Below are positions 33,518 through 43,903 of a DNA stretch of 64,000 nt, piece by piece (within the stretch, counting starts at the first letter, position 1; every line of letters starts with the position of its first letter). The notes beneath the pieces were generated by a model. It ran no database searches and had not been told where the DNA came from. It saw only the letters and a list, made by a program, of their open reading frames with translations. The stretch is from an uncultured Methanoregulaceae archaeon (lineage in GTDB: Archaea; Halobacteriota; Methanomicrobia; Methanomicrobiales; Methanospirillaceae). The translations under genes and the position numbers were made by a program. The stretch covers positions 384,001 through 448,000 of the forward strand of contig CAWJAX010000003.1 of NCBI GenBank assembly GCA_963841015.1, written 5' to 3'.

Positions 33518-34546
33518 TCAAAGTTTTCCACCTGAACTACCTGCGGGTGATTCCTCAAAAAGATCCCCGAAAATCTTTTTTAAGGCTTTATTCTCGTACT
33601 CCCCTTTTCTTGCCTGAGCCTCCTGCAGATGTTGTGGGGATTCCCAGACAAACCAGTCTTTCATCGACATATAAGAGATAAAATGGTTCGTCATCTGCAC
33701 ACCCAGCCGGTAGATATCATGAAAATAGTCAAGACCCGGTTCTGCATTCCAGTCTATTTTTTGAAGGTACTTCTCCATGATCTCAAGCATGTTGTCGCCA
33801 AAGATCTTAGACTGGTACCACGAGGTATGTGTCCAGCGCGTGGTGAGCATCTCTTTTACCTCAAGGTGGTTGAACTTTTTCATCTGAGGGATATTGACAA
33901 CCGGCATCAGCTGATCAGCAGGAAGGGTCTTTGCGAGGTACTGGTCACGGGCATAGAACATTGACTTATTCAGAACAAAGTAGCGCCGTGGGATGACATC
34001 TTCATACTCCATCATTTCATCCATGTCCATCTTTCCCTCCTTCATGAGATAGTATAGCTGGGTTTTTCTGATCTGGGGCATACGGTGATAGACACGGGCG
34101 TTGGTTATCGGATTCCAGGGGAGTTCGTTGATATCGTCATTAAAATTGGTGTAGAGGATATTGAGCATCTGGATGAGTTTGTGGACCGGGAGTTTTTTCT
34201 CCTTTTTTGCCTCATCCTTGAGGGCATCGATATAGATCTGATGAATCCCCCGGTACACGGAATCCCCGGTAAAGGAACAGACCAGATACCGGGACTTTTT
34301 TGCCGCCGCGCCTTTGATAAGCAGGTGCACGCAGTGCCTGGCAATGATAAAATCCTTTAACAGTCCAATGTAATGCGCCGGAAAAATAATCATATTTTTT
34401 TCGATATCATAGGTATAAATATCCACCAGCATGCCGTTTGGGTCTGCTTCAGGATTGCGCAGGAGAGAGATTTCCGTGTCCAGAAGGGTTTCTGTCTGAC
34501 TGACAAAATGTCGGATAGGTTTGGACAAAGGCATATCAGTTTTCAC
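33518..34546 (-). CDS. hypothetical protein, possible degenerate zincin (IrrE/ImmA-like) fold
   Basis: 342-aa ORF; FIIARHCVHLLI parallels FTIAHELGHLLL. Confidence 0.7.
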   Translation of the reverse strand: MKTDMPLSKPIRHFVSQTETLLDTEISLLRNPEADPNGMLVDIYTYDIEKNMIIFPAHYIGLLKDFIIARHCVHLLIKGAAAKKSRYLVCSFTGDSVYRGIHQIYIDALKDEAKKEKKLPVHKLIQMLNILYTNFNDDINELPWNPITNARVYHRMPQIRKTQLYYLMKEGKMDMDEMMEYEDVIPRRYFVLNKSMFYARDQYLAKTLPADQLMPVVNIPQMKKFNHLEVKEMLTTRWTHTSWYQSKIFGDNMLEIMEKYLQKIDWNAEPGLDYFHDIYRLGVQMTNHFISYMSMKDWFVWESPQHLQEAQARKGEYENKALKKIFGDLFEESPAGSSGGKL

Positions 34547-34843
34547 TTTTCACTCACCTGATCCCGTGCTCATGAGCTGGATACAATTCTTACCGGTTCA
34601 ATTGGCGGGATGAAACTTAATATATCTGATGAGTAGTGTTCAGCCTGCACCAGACTGACATTTCCTTAAAAAAGGAAAGGGTAGAGTTACCGAGAGGATA
34701 GGGGAAAACCAAAGAGGTTCTTTAATGTTCCCAGAGGTTCAGGAAATTTGCCTCTCCTCATATCCGGACCCTGTAATAAAAATCCTGAAATCTATTCAAT
34801 ATATTTATCTTGTTGACATCGTAAACAGACAATAAGATGTATT

Positions 34844-35032
34844 ATGGCTGACATGCTCACGGATTTGTTAATTTACATCGCTATCGGAATTATGACTTTT
34901 GCAATTGGTGCAATTCTCGGATACCAGCTCCTCGTAATGTATTATGCGAAGCGATTCATGGTAATCGCACAGGAATGTTTCGATGTCGAATCAGTGATAC
35001 CTATCATAGATGAACTCGCCAGGGAGACCTGA
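34844..35032 (+). CDS. small single-TM hypothetical protein
   Basis: 62 aa; similar to the adjacent ORF 35047..35232; TATA-like sequence upstream. Confidence 0.65.
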   Translation: MADMLTDLLIYIAIGIMTFAIGAILGYQLLVMYYAKRFMVIAQECFDVESVIPIIDELARET

Positions 35033-35046
35033 GATACGGAGAGACC

Positions 35047-35232
35047 ATGGTTGACGTAGTAAGTTACACCTTAATAAGTATCACCTGCTTCTGCTTCGGA
35101 CTGATTGTCAGTTTCCAGATGGCTCACATACACTATTGCCGGAAGCTGACCGTCCTGGTGAAGCGATCTATAGCGACGAAAACAATTGCCCCGGTCCTTG
35201 TCGAATTTGAAGCAGGCAAGTCAGCAAAATAA
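35047..35232 (+). CDS. small single-TM hypothetical protein (tandem paralog)
   Basis: 61 aa, GGAGA SD, colinear with 34844..35032. Confidence 0.65.
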   Translation: MVDVVSYTLISITCFCFGLIVSFQMAHIHYCRKLTVLVKRSIATKTIAPVLVEFEAGKSAK

Positions 35233-35265
35233 TTTTTTTAAAATCCGGTTTTATACCCGCCAGAG

Positions 35266-35323
35266 GCACCCGGTAGCGTTTCTTTTTTTATCAGGTGCCC
35301 GGGGTCCGGGTGCTTTTTTTTTT
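35266..35323 (+). terminator. hairpin plus T-tract terminator-like element
   Basis: gcacccgg...ccgggtgc followed by a T run. Confidence 0.45.
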
Positions 35324-35506
35324 AAATCCTATAAAAAGACTGGCGAATGAGGGTGTCAATGCCATCCCTTCCGAGGATCCTGAGCGACAGCATAAAACTC
35401 TCGTTACCCGACGCTGTGGCCGGATCCACAAAGCAGCAAATCGCCGTAATCGGGCCAGGGGACAACTCAAATAATTTTAATAGTAATTTCCCGATTACCT
35501 ATCACT

Positions 35507-36013
35507 ATGAAAAAATTGCTGATACTACTATTCCTATCACTTTTCGTTTACCTGGCGGGTTGTATTTCACTACCCGGTGATCCTTCCGTTACTGCTTCAA
35601 ATCAGACAATTTCTGAAAAAAATCTCCATACGGTAAACTGTAGCGTGTTCGATGCCAATAATATGCCCATGGGATACGCTTCAATAACAATTACTTATAA
35701 TTCATCAAAATACTCTGATGGTTTTATTTATGGGAGTAATCTCAGTGTTATGGTAGTAAAAACTGACGAAAATGGATACTTTTCATTACCCCTGAATAAG
35801 TCAGTACCCTATAACTTCACCGTCGCAAAACAGCAGGAGGAATTTAGTACACGATTGATTCCGACGGATGATGTGTGCCTCATAAAGCCAACCTCTCAAT
35901 TAACTTCTCCTCCCGTACCTGTCAATACGCTGACATTGCGATCCCCAACTACATTACAAGAGCTGATAAAAGGAGTAAACAAGGGAGTTGGATGGTTTAA
36001 CGGACTTTTTTAA
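35507..36013 (+). CDS. exported lipoprotein-like protein, carboxypeptidase-regulatory/prealbumin-like domain
   Basis: LAGC lipobox; VFDANNMPMGYASITI...KTDENGYF motif. Confidence 0.7.
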   Translation: MKKLLILLFLSLFVYLAGCISLPGDPSVTASNQTISEKNLHTVNCSVFDANNMPMGYASITITYNSSKYSDGFIYGSNLSVMVVKTDENGYFSLPLNKSVPYNFTVAKQQEEFSTRLIPTDDVCLIKPTSQLTSPPVPVNTLTLRSPTTLQELIKGVNKGVGWFNGLF

Positions 36014-36415
36014 ATGGAATTGGAACAAAACAAAAAACCCGGGTGAATATCTCAGTCATTTTCCTTATAGTAATAACTATCTTGAATTTTATTGAGGAAA
36101 AATTCAATTTTTACATTACAAATTGATTACCACCATAAAGGAAATTTCATCACTAGCTGGCCTTTGCGGTAAGAACCTGATTTTTTTGCGCGCTTAGAGT
36201 TAAAAAACCAATTGGGGGCTGCTTCTTACTTGCATTTTACTAAAAGTAATTTATCATATATAATCATTTCTTTTTAAATTCTAAACTATTTTGAACGATT
36301 CTTTTGAAATAAAGGTATTAAGAACAATTAAAAGACATATAGATTTTCAACAGCCTTATTTCAATTTGGGGCAAAGAGAACATTACCGGAACATTCCGGA
36401 TTGGTGTGATGAAGT

Positions 36416-37591
36416 ATGGTAAAATATCGAATTGTAAAAGGATGTATCCTGCTCGCACTGATTTTTATGGTTACCATAGTCAGTGCTGCTGAACCGCAAG
36501 CCGACCTCAATGTCACAAAAGTGGTGAGTTCTACCAGACCTTATGCAGTTAATGACAGTGTAACATGGATTGTTACAGTCTGGAATAACGGGCCCGACGA
36601 TGCTACGAACGTAATTCTCAAAGAGGATATTTCGCAGCTTTCCGGTCACCGGGACATAACTGTTGAAGTCAGTAACGGTGCATATAATGACACAACAGGA
36701 ACCTGGACTATTCCCACGCTGGCAAACGCTTCTTCTGCCAGCCTTACGCTGGTAACAAATTTCAGTACACAAGGGAAGAAGGTAAACAGTATCAGTATTA
36801 CTGGTCAAACGCCGGCTGATTCGCTCCAGGAAAATAATAGTGCCAATTCAAGTGTGGACATATTTGACAAACTCCTCCTGTCAGCAGATCTGAAAATCAA
36901 ACCAACCACCCTGAACGTCAACAGCAAAGGTGTATTCACTGTATACGTTACTCTGAATCCATCAGAGTCCACTAAGGGGGAAAAAGTAAAACCCACGATC
37001 GATTTTGCCCGCAGCACCCTGACCTGCAGCGAGGCCGAGCTGATCAGAGCTTCAGTATCGAATAAAGAAGGCGGAACCCTGATTGCAAAGTTCTACCGCC
37101 AGGATCTCCAGAATGTCACCAACGGAACTGGTGTGAGGGTTAATTGTTCGGGAACGCTCTCGGTCGATGGTGAGAGCATCTATGTCGAAGGCAGCGACAC
37201 GATCCGTGTTATCGGAGAAAAGAAAGGACTGGATAAGATCTTTTCAGACCTGAAAAAATTCCTCAGGATTGAAAAAGATGAGGTAGAGGTTAACGAGACC
37301 GAAAACGGTAATGCAACCCTGATGGTCACGCTGAACCCTGATAGTTACAAAAATAAAGGCCAGCTCAAAAAGCAGACCGAAAATTCAAAGGATCAGTCTG
37401 TAACAAACACCGGCACCCAGGATCTCTCTGATAAAACCCGGGGACCCAAAGAGGATACCGGCAAAAATAACGATAAGGATAAAAATCTTCAGAAAAACAA
37501 TGCCGGTGATACTACCGGGAAAGGGAACACTAACGCAAACAGGTCTGACAACGAATCCACAGGAAAATCAAACGGAAAAAAGACGAAATAA
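36416..37591 (+). CDS. secreted DUF11-domain surface protein
   Basis: Signal peptide, ADLNVTK...VWNNGPDDATNV...GTWTI DUF11 pattern, Lys/Asn/Gly-rich tail. Confidence 0.8.
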   Translation: MVKYRIVKGCILLALIFMVTIVSAAEPQADLNVTKVVSSTRPYAVNDSVTWIVTVWNNGPDDATNVILKEDISQLSGHRDITVEVSNGAYNDTTGTWTIPTLANASSASLTLVTNFSTQGKKVNSISITGQTPADSLQENNSANSSVDIFDKLLLSADLKIKPTTLNVNSKGVFTVYVTLNPSESTKGEKVKPTIDFARSTLTCSEAELIRASVSNKEGGTLIAKFYRQDLQNVTNGTGVRVNCSGTLSVDGESIYVEGSDTIRVIGEKKGLDKIFSDLKKFLRIEKDEVEVNETENGNATLMVTLNPDSYKNKGQLKKQTENSKDQSVTNTGTQDLSDKTRGPKEDTGKNNDKDKNLQKNNAGDTTGKGNTNANRSDNESTGKSNGKKTK

Positions 37592-37671
37592 TGGGGTATT
37601 GTAACAATGAATTATCAATAATTGACAATGGATGAATTCCATTGTCTAAAATCGCATTTAGAGAGGGTTTT

Positions 37672-38244
37672 ATGCGCAATGGAAAGGGGAATGAAGAAGG
37701 GTTCACCGGTCTCGAGGCGGCGATTGTACTGATTGCATTTATCGTCGTAGCAGCGGTGTTCTCCTATGTTGTTCTGGGAGCCGGGTTCTTCACAACCCAA
37801 AAGGCCCAGGAAACAGTGTACAGGGGTATTGAACAATCTACTACAAATGTCCAGTTAGTAGGCAATGTCTACGGGTTATCCTCGAACACTACAGAAGGAA
37901 TTGACCAGATCAGATTCACGATCGGTCTTGTTCCGGGAACTCCCGCTATCAATCTGGAAAAGATGAACATTGTTGTCTCCACGCCAACCTATGGTCCGAA
38001 AATATTGGCATGGACCAATCAGAGTTCTTCAACCGTATATACGAACTTTATTGCTTTAAAAAATGGAGTTGGTTCATCTCAATCGACCATGACGTCAGGT
38101 GACCAGACGGATATACAATATAATATAACCGCAGTCCCAAGGGACACGAAAATAACTATCGAAATACGTCCTGGTCTTGGTGCTTCGTATCCGTTTTCGA
38201 AAACAACACCATCAATTATAGCCCCAAATAATGTCATCTACTAA
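37672..38244 (+). CDS. flaB: archaellin (second copy, outside the arl operon)
   Basis: NEEG|FTGLEAAIVLIAFIVVAAVFSYVVLGAGFFTTQKAQETVY, nearly identical to the 6462 N-terminus. Confidence 0.92.
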   Translation: MRNGKGNEEGFTGLEAAIVLIAFIVVAAVFSYVVLGAGFFTTQKAQETVYRGIEQSTTNVQLVGNVYGLSSNTTEGIDQIRFTIGLVPGTPAINLEKMNIVVSTPTYGPKILAWTNQSSSTVYTNFIALKNGVGSSQSTMTSGDQTDIQYNITAVPRDTKITIEIRPGLGASYPFSKTTPSIIAPNNVIY

Positions 38245-38276
38245 TTTTTTATGAAGAATCAGGCAGGTGAAGGGAT

Positions 38277-38486
38277 ATGTCGAGCGATAGTAAACATGAA
38301 ATTCTAATCCGGCATGTTAATTGGAACTTCCAAAGAGCGAGGGTCTGGTTCTGGCCAATTGTTAGTGGCTTTACCATTTTTTTTGGGTTATTTGCCGGGG
38401 TAGAGGGAGCATTTGTTGGTTTTTTCTACGGGCTCGTTTGCGCGGGATTTCTTCTCTATGAAAGTTTACCTGTGAATAAAAGGTGA
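38277..38486 (+). CDS. small two-TM hypothetical protein (paralog of 57895..58140)
   Basis: WFWPIV...FG.FAG..GAF.GFFYGLVC.GFLL.ESL shared. Confidence 0.7.
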   Translation: MSSDSKHEILIRHVNWNFQRARVWFWPIVSGFTIFFGLFAGVEGAFVGFFYGLVCAGFLLYESLPVNKR

Positions 38487-38577
38487 GATAGATCAAAAAG
38501 TCAAAAATCATTAATCTGGTGATTCCAAAATATCATCCACCCCCGAGCAGGGAGTAAGGTGGTGAGAGTGAACCTGG

Positions 38578-38762
38578 TTTGAAGTAACCCAACATACCCA
38601 GTCAGAAGAGGCAGATGAAGACTATTACGAAAGATGGGGATACGTGAGACATTCACTCAATGTCCAGATTGCAAGGGAGAACGCGTTTGGAAAGATACAA
38701 CGAGGTCTCTACAAATGTTACCTCTGTCGAAAGGAGTGGAGCTGAATTTCTGGGAGGATCAC
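38578..38762 (+). pseudogene. degraded IS1595-like transposase N-terminal zinc-ribbon remnant (or small zinc-ribbon microprotein)
   Basis: With one base removed near 38692 the frame reads CPDCKGERVWKIQRGLYKCYLCRKEWS; an upstream frame has SEEADEDYYE. Confidence 0.5.
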
Positions 38763-40532
38763 TCAGTCATTTTCCTTATAGTAATAAAATTCACCCAATC
38801 CCTTTTGTTCCCGGTCAAGGAACGATCCGGGTTTGTTGATCCGGGGTCTCCCGCTCTGGTCCCTGCGGAACGTAACCTCAAGCACCTCGAGGAAACGGTT
38901 CATTCCTTCCCTCATCTTAAACGGTCCGGCTGCGGTTCCCTGCCTGCCCGGTTCCCCTTCAAAGACTAAAATCCGCTCACTGATCATATCGATGAGATAA
39001 ATATCATGATCAATCACCATGATGCCGACAGACCTGCCCTCGGCATGGTGTTTGATCATCCTTGTTACCTTGACCCGTTGTTCAACATCAAGATGGGCAC
39101 TGGGTTCATCGAGTATATAGAGGTCGGCATCCTTCGAAAGGCACCCTGCGATAGACACCCTCTGCAGCTCTCCTCCACTCAGGGAATCAACCGGTGACTG
39201 GAGAATTGCTTCAAGGGAGAGTGATTCAATAATCTCATGCTGATAGAGTGAAGAATCAAACTTTGTGGTGCGCTGGCGGAGGTACATTTCGACAGTATCA
39301 GAGGTGTCTGCCTTGATATACTGGGGTTTGTAAGAGATACGGAGGGAGGTTTCGATTTTTCCTGTCGTGGGAGTTTCATCACCGGCGAGGAGCCGGGCAA
39401 ATGTGCTCTTGCCCATTCCATTCGCTCCAACAACCCCCAGCACTTCTCCGGCCCTGATCGTTCCACCGTTCACTGACAGGTGGAAGGAATCATAGCTTTT
39501 GGTCATTGACGGGATCTCAAAGAGGATTTCCCGTTCCGATCCTTTATCGTGAGCCCGTTTTTCAAAGACAACTGCGGTGTCCCGGAACCGCACGTTCTCT
39601 TCCACGAGGAAACCCTCAAGGTACTGGTTAATTCCGACTCGGACGCCTTTGGGGCGGGTGATGATACCAAAGACTGCCGGTTTCCCATAGCCTACATGCA
39701 CCGTATCTGCGAGCATGTCAAGAATCGCGAGATCATGCTCGACAAGTACTACGGGGCGCTGCGTGGCCAGCTCACGGATCAGCTTGGCAGCGGCAATCCG
39801 CTGGTAAATATCCAGAAAAGGAGTAATTTCATCAAAGAAATACAGATCTGCATCCCGTGCAAGACAGGCTGCGATCGCAACCCTCTGCAGTTCACCGCCG
39901 CTCAATGTCCGGATATCATGGTCCAGAATCATGTCGAGCTTGAGCACCGGAAGGATTTCTGCAAGTTTATTCCGCTCGTCGGTTGTCTGTAACAATTTCC
40001 TGACCGTGCCGGAAAAAACATTGGGAATATAATCGATATACTGCGGTTTAGACGCAATCTTTAAGATCTTTTTTGAAACGGTCTGGAGATAATCAAAGAG
40101 CTCGGTACCGGAATATCGTTTGAAGATCTCTTCCCATGCAACTTCGGTATCAAAGTTCCCGAGATTCGGGCGGAGCTGGCCGGAGAGGATTTTGACGGCT
40201 GTACTCTTACCGATACCGTTTGCCCCGAGAATACCCGTCACTTTTCCCTCAACCGGTATCGGGAGGCCGTAGAGGGCAAACCCGTTTTTCCCATACCGGT
40301 GAGTCGGGTGTTCGAGCTCTTCTGGCAGGCTTACAATATCAATTGCATCAAACGGGCACTTCTTGATACAGATACCACACCCGACACAGAGCTCCTCAGA
40401 GATAAGTGCCTTGCCATCCTCGCCAATGACAACGGTCTCGTCCCCGGTCCGCACCCGCGGGCAGTAGAGAATACACTCGGTACCGCACTTTTTTGCATGG
40501 CAGCGGTCTTTGTGGACAATCGCGATTCTCAT
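38763..40532 (-). CDS. rli: ribosome recycling ATPase ABCE1/RLI
   Basis: N-terminal 2x[4Fe-4S] Cys motifs, two NBDs with LSGGELQR, C-terminal RPRINK...DREQK. Confidence 0.97.
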   Translation of the reverse strand: MRIAIVHKDRCHAKKCGTECILYCPRVRTGDETVVIGEDGKALISEELCVGCGICIKKCPFDAIDIVSLPEELEHPTHRYGKNGFALYGLPIPVEGKVTGILGANGIGKSTAVKILSGQLRPNLGNFDTEVAWEEIFKRYSGTELFDYLQTVSKKILKIASKPQYIDYIPNVFSGTVRKLLQTTDERNKLAEILPVLKLDMILDHDIRTLSGGELQRVAIAACLARDADLYFFDEITPFLDIYQRIAAAKLIRELATQRPVVLVEHDLAILDMLADTVHVGYGKPAVFGIITRPKGVRVGINQYLEGFLVEENVRFRDTAVVFEKRAHDKGSEREILFEIPSMTKSYDSFHLSVNGGTIRAGEVLGVVGANGMGKSTFARLLAGDETPTTGKIETSLRISYKPQYIKADTSDTVEMYLRQRTTKFDSSLYQHEIIESLSLEAILQSPVDSLSGGELQRVSIAGCLSKDADLYILDEPSAHLDVEQRVKVTRMIKHHAEGRSVGIMVIDHDIYLIDMISERILVFEGEPGRQGTAAGPFKMREGMNRFLEVLEVTFRRDQSGRPRINKPGSFLDREQKGLGEFYYYKEND

Positions 40533-40554
40533 GAAAATCCCAAAAAAGATTTGA

Positions 40555-40932
40555 TCAGGGTGCCGGGGATAATGAGGTCAACAGGATCGTCCATGTCATG
40601 AACCAGAATGCAAAGGTCATGAATCCCTGGTAAAACCAGTCTTTTGCACCCAGTTTTGAGGTGTCCATGCCAAGGAGCTTGAAGATGTGTTTCTGGACGA
40701 CTACCCCTGCAAGCATCAGCATGAACCCCAGAAATCCGTTTTCCTGCAGTCCGGCTATATTGGGAGTTCCACCGGACCAGTACGAGAGGATACCCGTTAA
40801 AATACCCAGCAGGGACGCGACAAGTGTCCGTTTAATGCGGGCAATATGTTCCGCCTGTTTATCTGCCTTGGTTTTTTCTTTTTTTGTCAGGGCAGGCTTT
40901 TCTTCAATTATTTCTTCACTCATCCCCATCAC
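40555..40932 (-). CDS. EMC6-like archaeal membrane protein
   Basis: Three TMs with KDWFYQGFMTFAFWFMTWTILL C-terminus; directly upstream of ABCE1. Confidence 0.75.
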   Translation of the reverse strand: MMGMSEEIIEEKPALTKKEKTKADKQAEHIARIKRTLVASLLGILTGILSYWSGGTPNIAGLQENGFLGFMLMLAGVVVQKHIFKLLGMDTSKLGAKDWFYQGFMTFAFWFMTWTILLTSLSPAP

Positions 40933-40981
40933 CAGTAGTCTTATTTTTTAGTGCGCAAGCCATATGTAATTTGGTACATTC

Positions 40982-42878
40982 ATGGCATCAGAACAGGGCA
41001 TGAGCGGGATCGATGTTAAGGCAATTACCGGGGATTTGTCCGGAAAGCTACCGCTCTGGATAGACAAGGTCTACCAGTCTGACACCCGCACAATGAGTAT
41101 CCGGCTGAATGGAGAGAACAAAGCCAGGTACCAGATGATTATCGAATCGGGGAGAAGGGCACATCTGGTAAAAGACCTGCCGGAACCCCCGAAAAATCCG
41201 CCCCAGTTTGCCATGTTCCTGCGCAAGTACCTGTCCGGAGGAAAAGTGCTTGCCATCCACCAGCACGGACTTGAGCGTATACTGATCTTTGATATCGGGA
41301 AAGGAAATCTTATCTACCGGCTCATTATCGAACTTTTTGATGAAGGAAATATCATTCTTGCCGAAGAGAACTATACAATAATCAAACCACTCAGGCACCA
41401 CCGGTTCAAAGACCGGGAAATTGTTCCCCGCGCACTCTATGTCCTTGGAGCTACAGATCCCACAGCGTCCCTTGAAAATCTCACCTCTGCAATCAGGAAC
41501 GATGACCGGGACCTTGTCCGGAGCCTTGCGATTGGCTGTATGCTCGGGGGCACCTATGCAGAGTATATCTGCCGGAAAGCCGGCCTGGATAAAACAATGC
41601 CAGCGAGTACTGCTGATCCCGGAACCATTTTTACTGCCGTGCAGGACCTCTTTTTTCAGGTAGTACATGCACCAAAGCCGGGAATCTTTGCAAAACACTG
41701 CGAACCCATCGATATCTGGGACAAGGATGATGTTCAGTATTTTTCAACGTTCTCTGAAGCCCTTGAGAATTTTTATCCACTGACCAAAGCTGAGAGAAAA
41801 ACGGCTGAAGCAAAATCAACATTAACCAAGGAAGAGAGGATCTTAAAATACCAGAAATCAGCGATAAAAAAATTCGATGAAAAGATCGAGAAGACAGAAG
41901 CAGTTGTTGCTGCGATTTACGAGAATTACGCGTTTGTGTCAAAGGTTATAAGCTCACTGGACACTGCAAGTAAAACACATTCATGGCAGGAGATTGAGAG
42001 ACTGATCAGGAGTGACCATTCACCGGAGGTAAAAAAGATAGTTGCATTCTATCCCGAAGAAGCAGCGGTTGATATCGATATCGGGAAACGGGTGAAAATC
42101 TTTGTCCATGAAGGGATCGAGCAGAACGCTGGCAGATATTATGATGTGATTAAAAAATTCCGGAAAAAAAAGGAAGGGGCGCTCAGAGCGATGAAAACAA
42201 CCCAGCCGAAGAAAAAAGAGGTGCGGAGGGAATTTACCTTCATGAAGAAATTGTGGTACCACCGTTTCCGCTGGTTTGTTACAAGCGACGGGGTTGTAGT
42301 ACTTGGCGGACGGGATGCATCGCAGAACGAGGAACTGGTCAAAAAATACATGGGGGGGCAGGACCTGTTTGTACATGCTGATGTGCATGGTGCAAGTGTC
42401 GTGATTGTCAAGGGAAAGACAGAGCATATGGATGAGGTGGCACAGTTCGCTGCGTCCTATTCCGGTGCATGGCGGAGCGGGCACTTTTCCGCAGATGTGT
42501 ACAGTGCTCTCCCTTCACAGGTCAGCAAGACACCGGAATCCGGTGAATTCATCTCCCGTGGTTCCTTTATTGTCCGGGGAGAACGCACCTATTACCGGAA
42601 CGTACCGCTGGCCGTTGGCATCGGGCTTATGCTCGAACCACACGCAGCGGTCATCGGCGGTCCGCCTTCCGGCAATCAAAGGAAAAACGAAAGCGTATAC
42701 CGAACTCAAACCAGGACAGTTCGAACCCAACGATGTGGCAAAAAAAGTGCTGCGTATTCTCAAACAGAACGTTTCTGAAGAGGAAGAAAAAGCACTCAAA
42801 GGTATCCTGAACACAACGCAGGTTGCTGCATTCGTACCGCCCGGCGGTTCCGATATTGTGGGACACCATGAAAGCTGA
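40982..42878 (+). CDS. rqcH: ribosome quality control factor RqcH/Rqc2 (NFACT); one-base frameshift near 42670
   Basis: FAMFLRKYL, ER, GNIIL, WYHRFRWF, GRDASQNE, HADVHGAS, VSKTPESGEF; last ~70 aa are in the +1 frame. Confidence 0.92.
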
Positions 42879-43902
42879 ATATGGTGATTTAAAGGACAGG
42901 TATGGCGAGATCCGGTTATTCCCGGAGAGCATCGATGATCTCTGGCACCTCCGGCACCTCATTACCACCGGTGACCTTGTTTTTGCCACAACATTCAGGA
43001 GTGTTGATACTGCTTCTGATAAAATCCGGCCGGAGAAGGCTGAAAAGCGACCGGTCCGGCTCGGCATCAGGATTGATCGGGTTGAGTTTTCCGAACATGG
43101 GATCCGGCTCCGGCTCACCGGGGTTATCGAGCATGGAGTTGATACCGGAGCATATCATACCATCAATGTGGAAACCAGCTATGAAATTTCCGTGATCAAA
43201 CAGTGGCGGCCTATCGATCTCGAACGGATTGAGCGGGCAGTGAAAGCGTCGGTGTATGGAGTAATCCATATCCTGACCATTGAGGAAGGGGAAGCAGAAC
43301 TCTTCAGGTTGCGCCAGTATGGTCCGGAGAGTGTTATCACGATCACGTCAGGGAGTGGCAAAGGATCCGATACCGATACCCGTGCTGGTTTTTTTGGACA
43401 GGTTCTCACGACCATCACAGATATCACCGGTCCGCTGATCATTGCCGGTCCCGGATTCATCAAGGATGATTTCGTCCGGTTTGCAAAAAGTAAGTCAAGC
43501 ACGAACGCAGATCGGGCTATTGTAGTCGAAACCCGGCGGATAGGGCGTGGATCAGTGCAGGAAGTGATCGGCAAGGGGGCACTCGATAAGCTGATAGATG
43601 ACCTCCAGTTGTCCCGAGAGGTCAAGCTGATGGAAGAGGTACTGCTCAGGATCTCGCAGGATAGTGCTGTTGCATACGGGCGGCAGGAAGTCAGGGAAGC
43701 CATCGAATTCGGCGCAGCAGAACAGGTGCTGGTAGCCGATACACTCCTGCGGGATGACGAGGTTACGCACCTTATCGAGAAAGCAGAGGCAATGCGGGCA
43801 ACCATTGTTGTCCTTTCATCGGGGTTTGAACCGGGGGAACGACTGGTTGCACTTGGCGGTATTGCAGCGTTGCTTCGTTACCGGCTTGTCAAACGAAGAT
43901 AA
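42868..43902 (+). CDS. pelA: mRNA surveillance protein Pelota
   Basis: PESIDDLWHL, GAYHTI, AGPGF, VAYG, GGIAALLRY. Confidence 0.95.
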   Translation: MKAEYGDLKDRYGEIRLFPESIDDLWHLRHLITTGDLVFATTFRSVDTASDKIRPEKAEKRPVRLGIRIDRVEFSEHGIRLRLTGVIEHGVDTGAYHTINVETSYEISVIKQWRPIDLERIERAVKASVYGVIHILTIEEGEAELFRLRQYGPESVITITSGSGKGSDTDTRAGFFGQVLTTITDITGPLIIAGPGFIKDDFVRFAKSKSSTNADRAIVVETRRIGRGSVQEVIGKGALDKLIDDLQLSREVKLMEEVLLRISQDSAVAYGRQEVREAIEFGAAEQVLVADTLLRDDEVTHLIEKAEAMRATIVVLSSGFEPGERLVALGGIAALLRYRLVKRR

Positions 43903-43903
43903 G

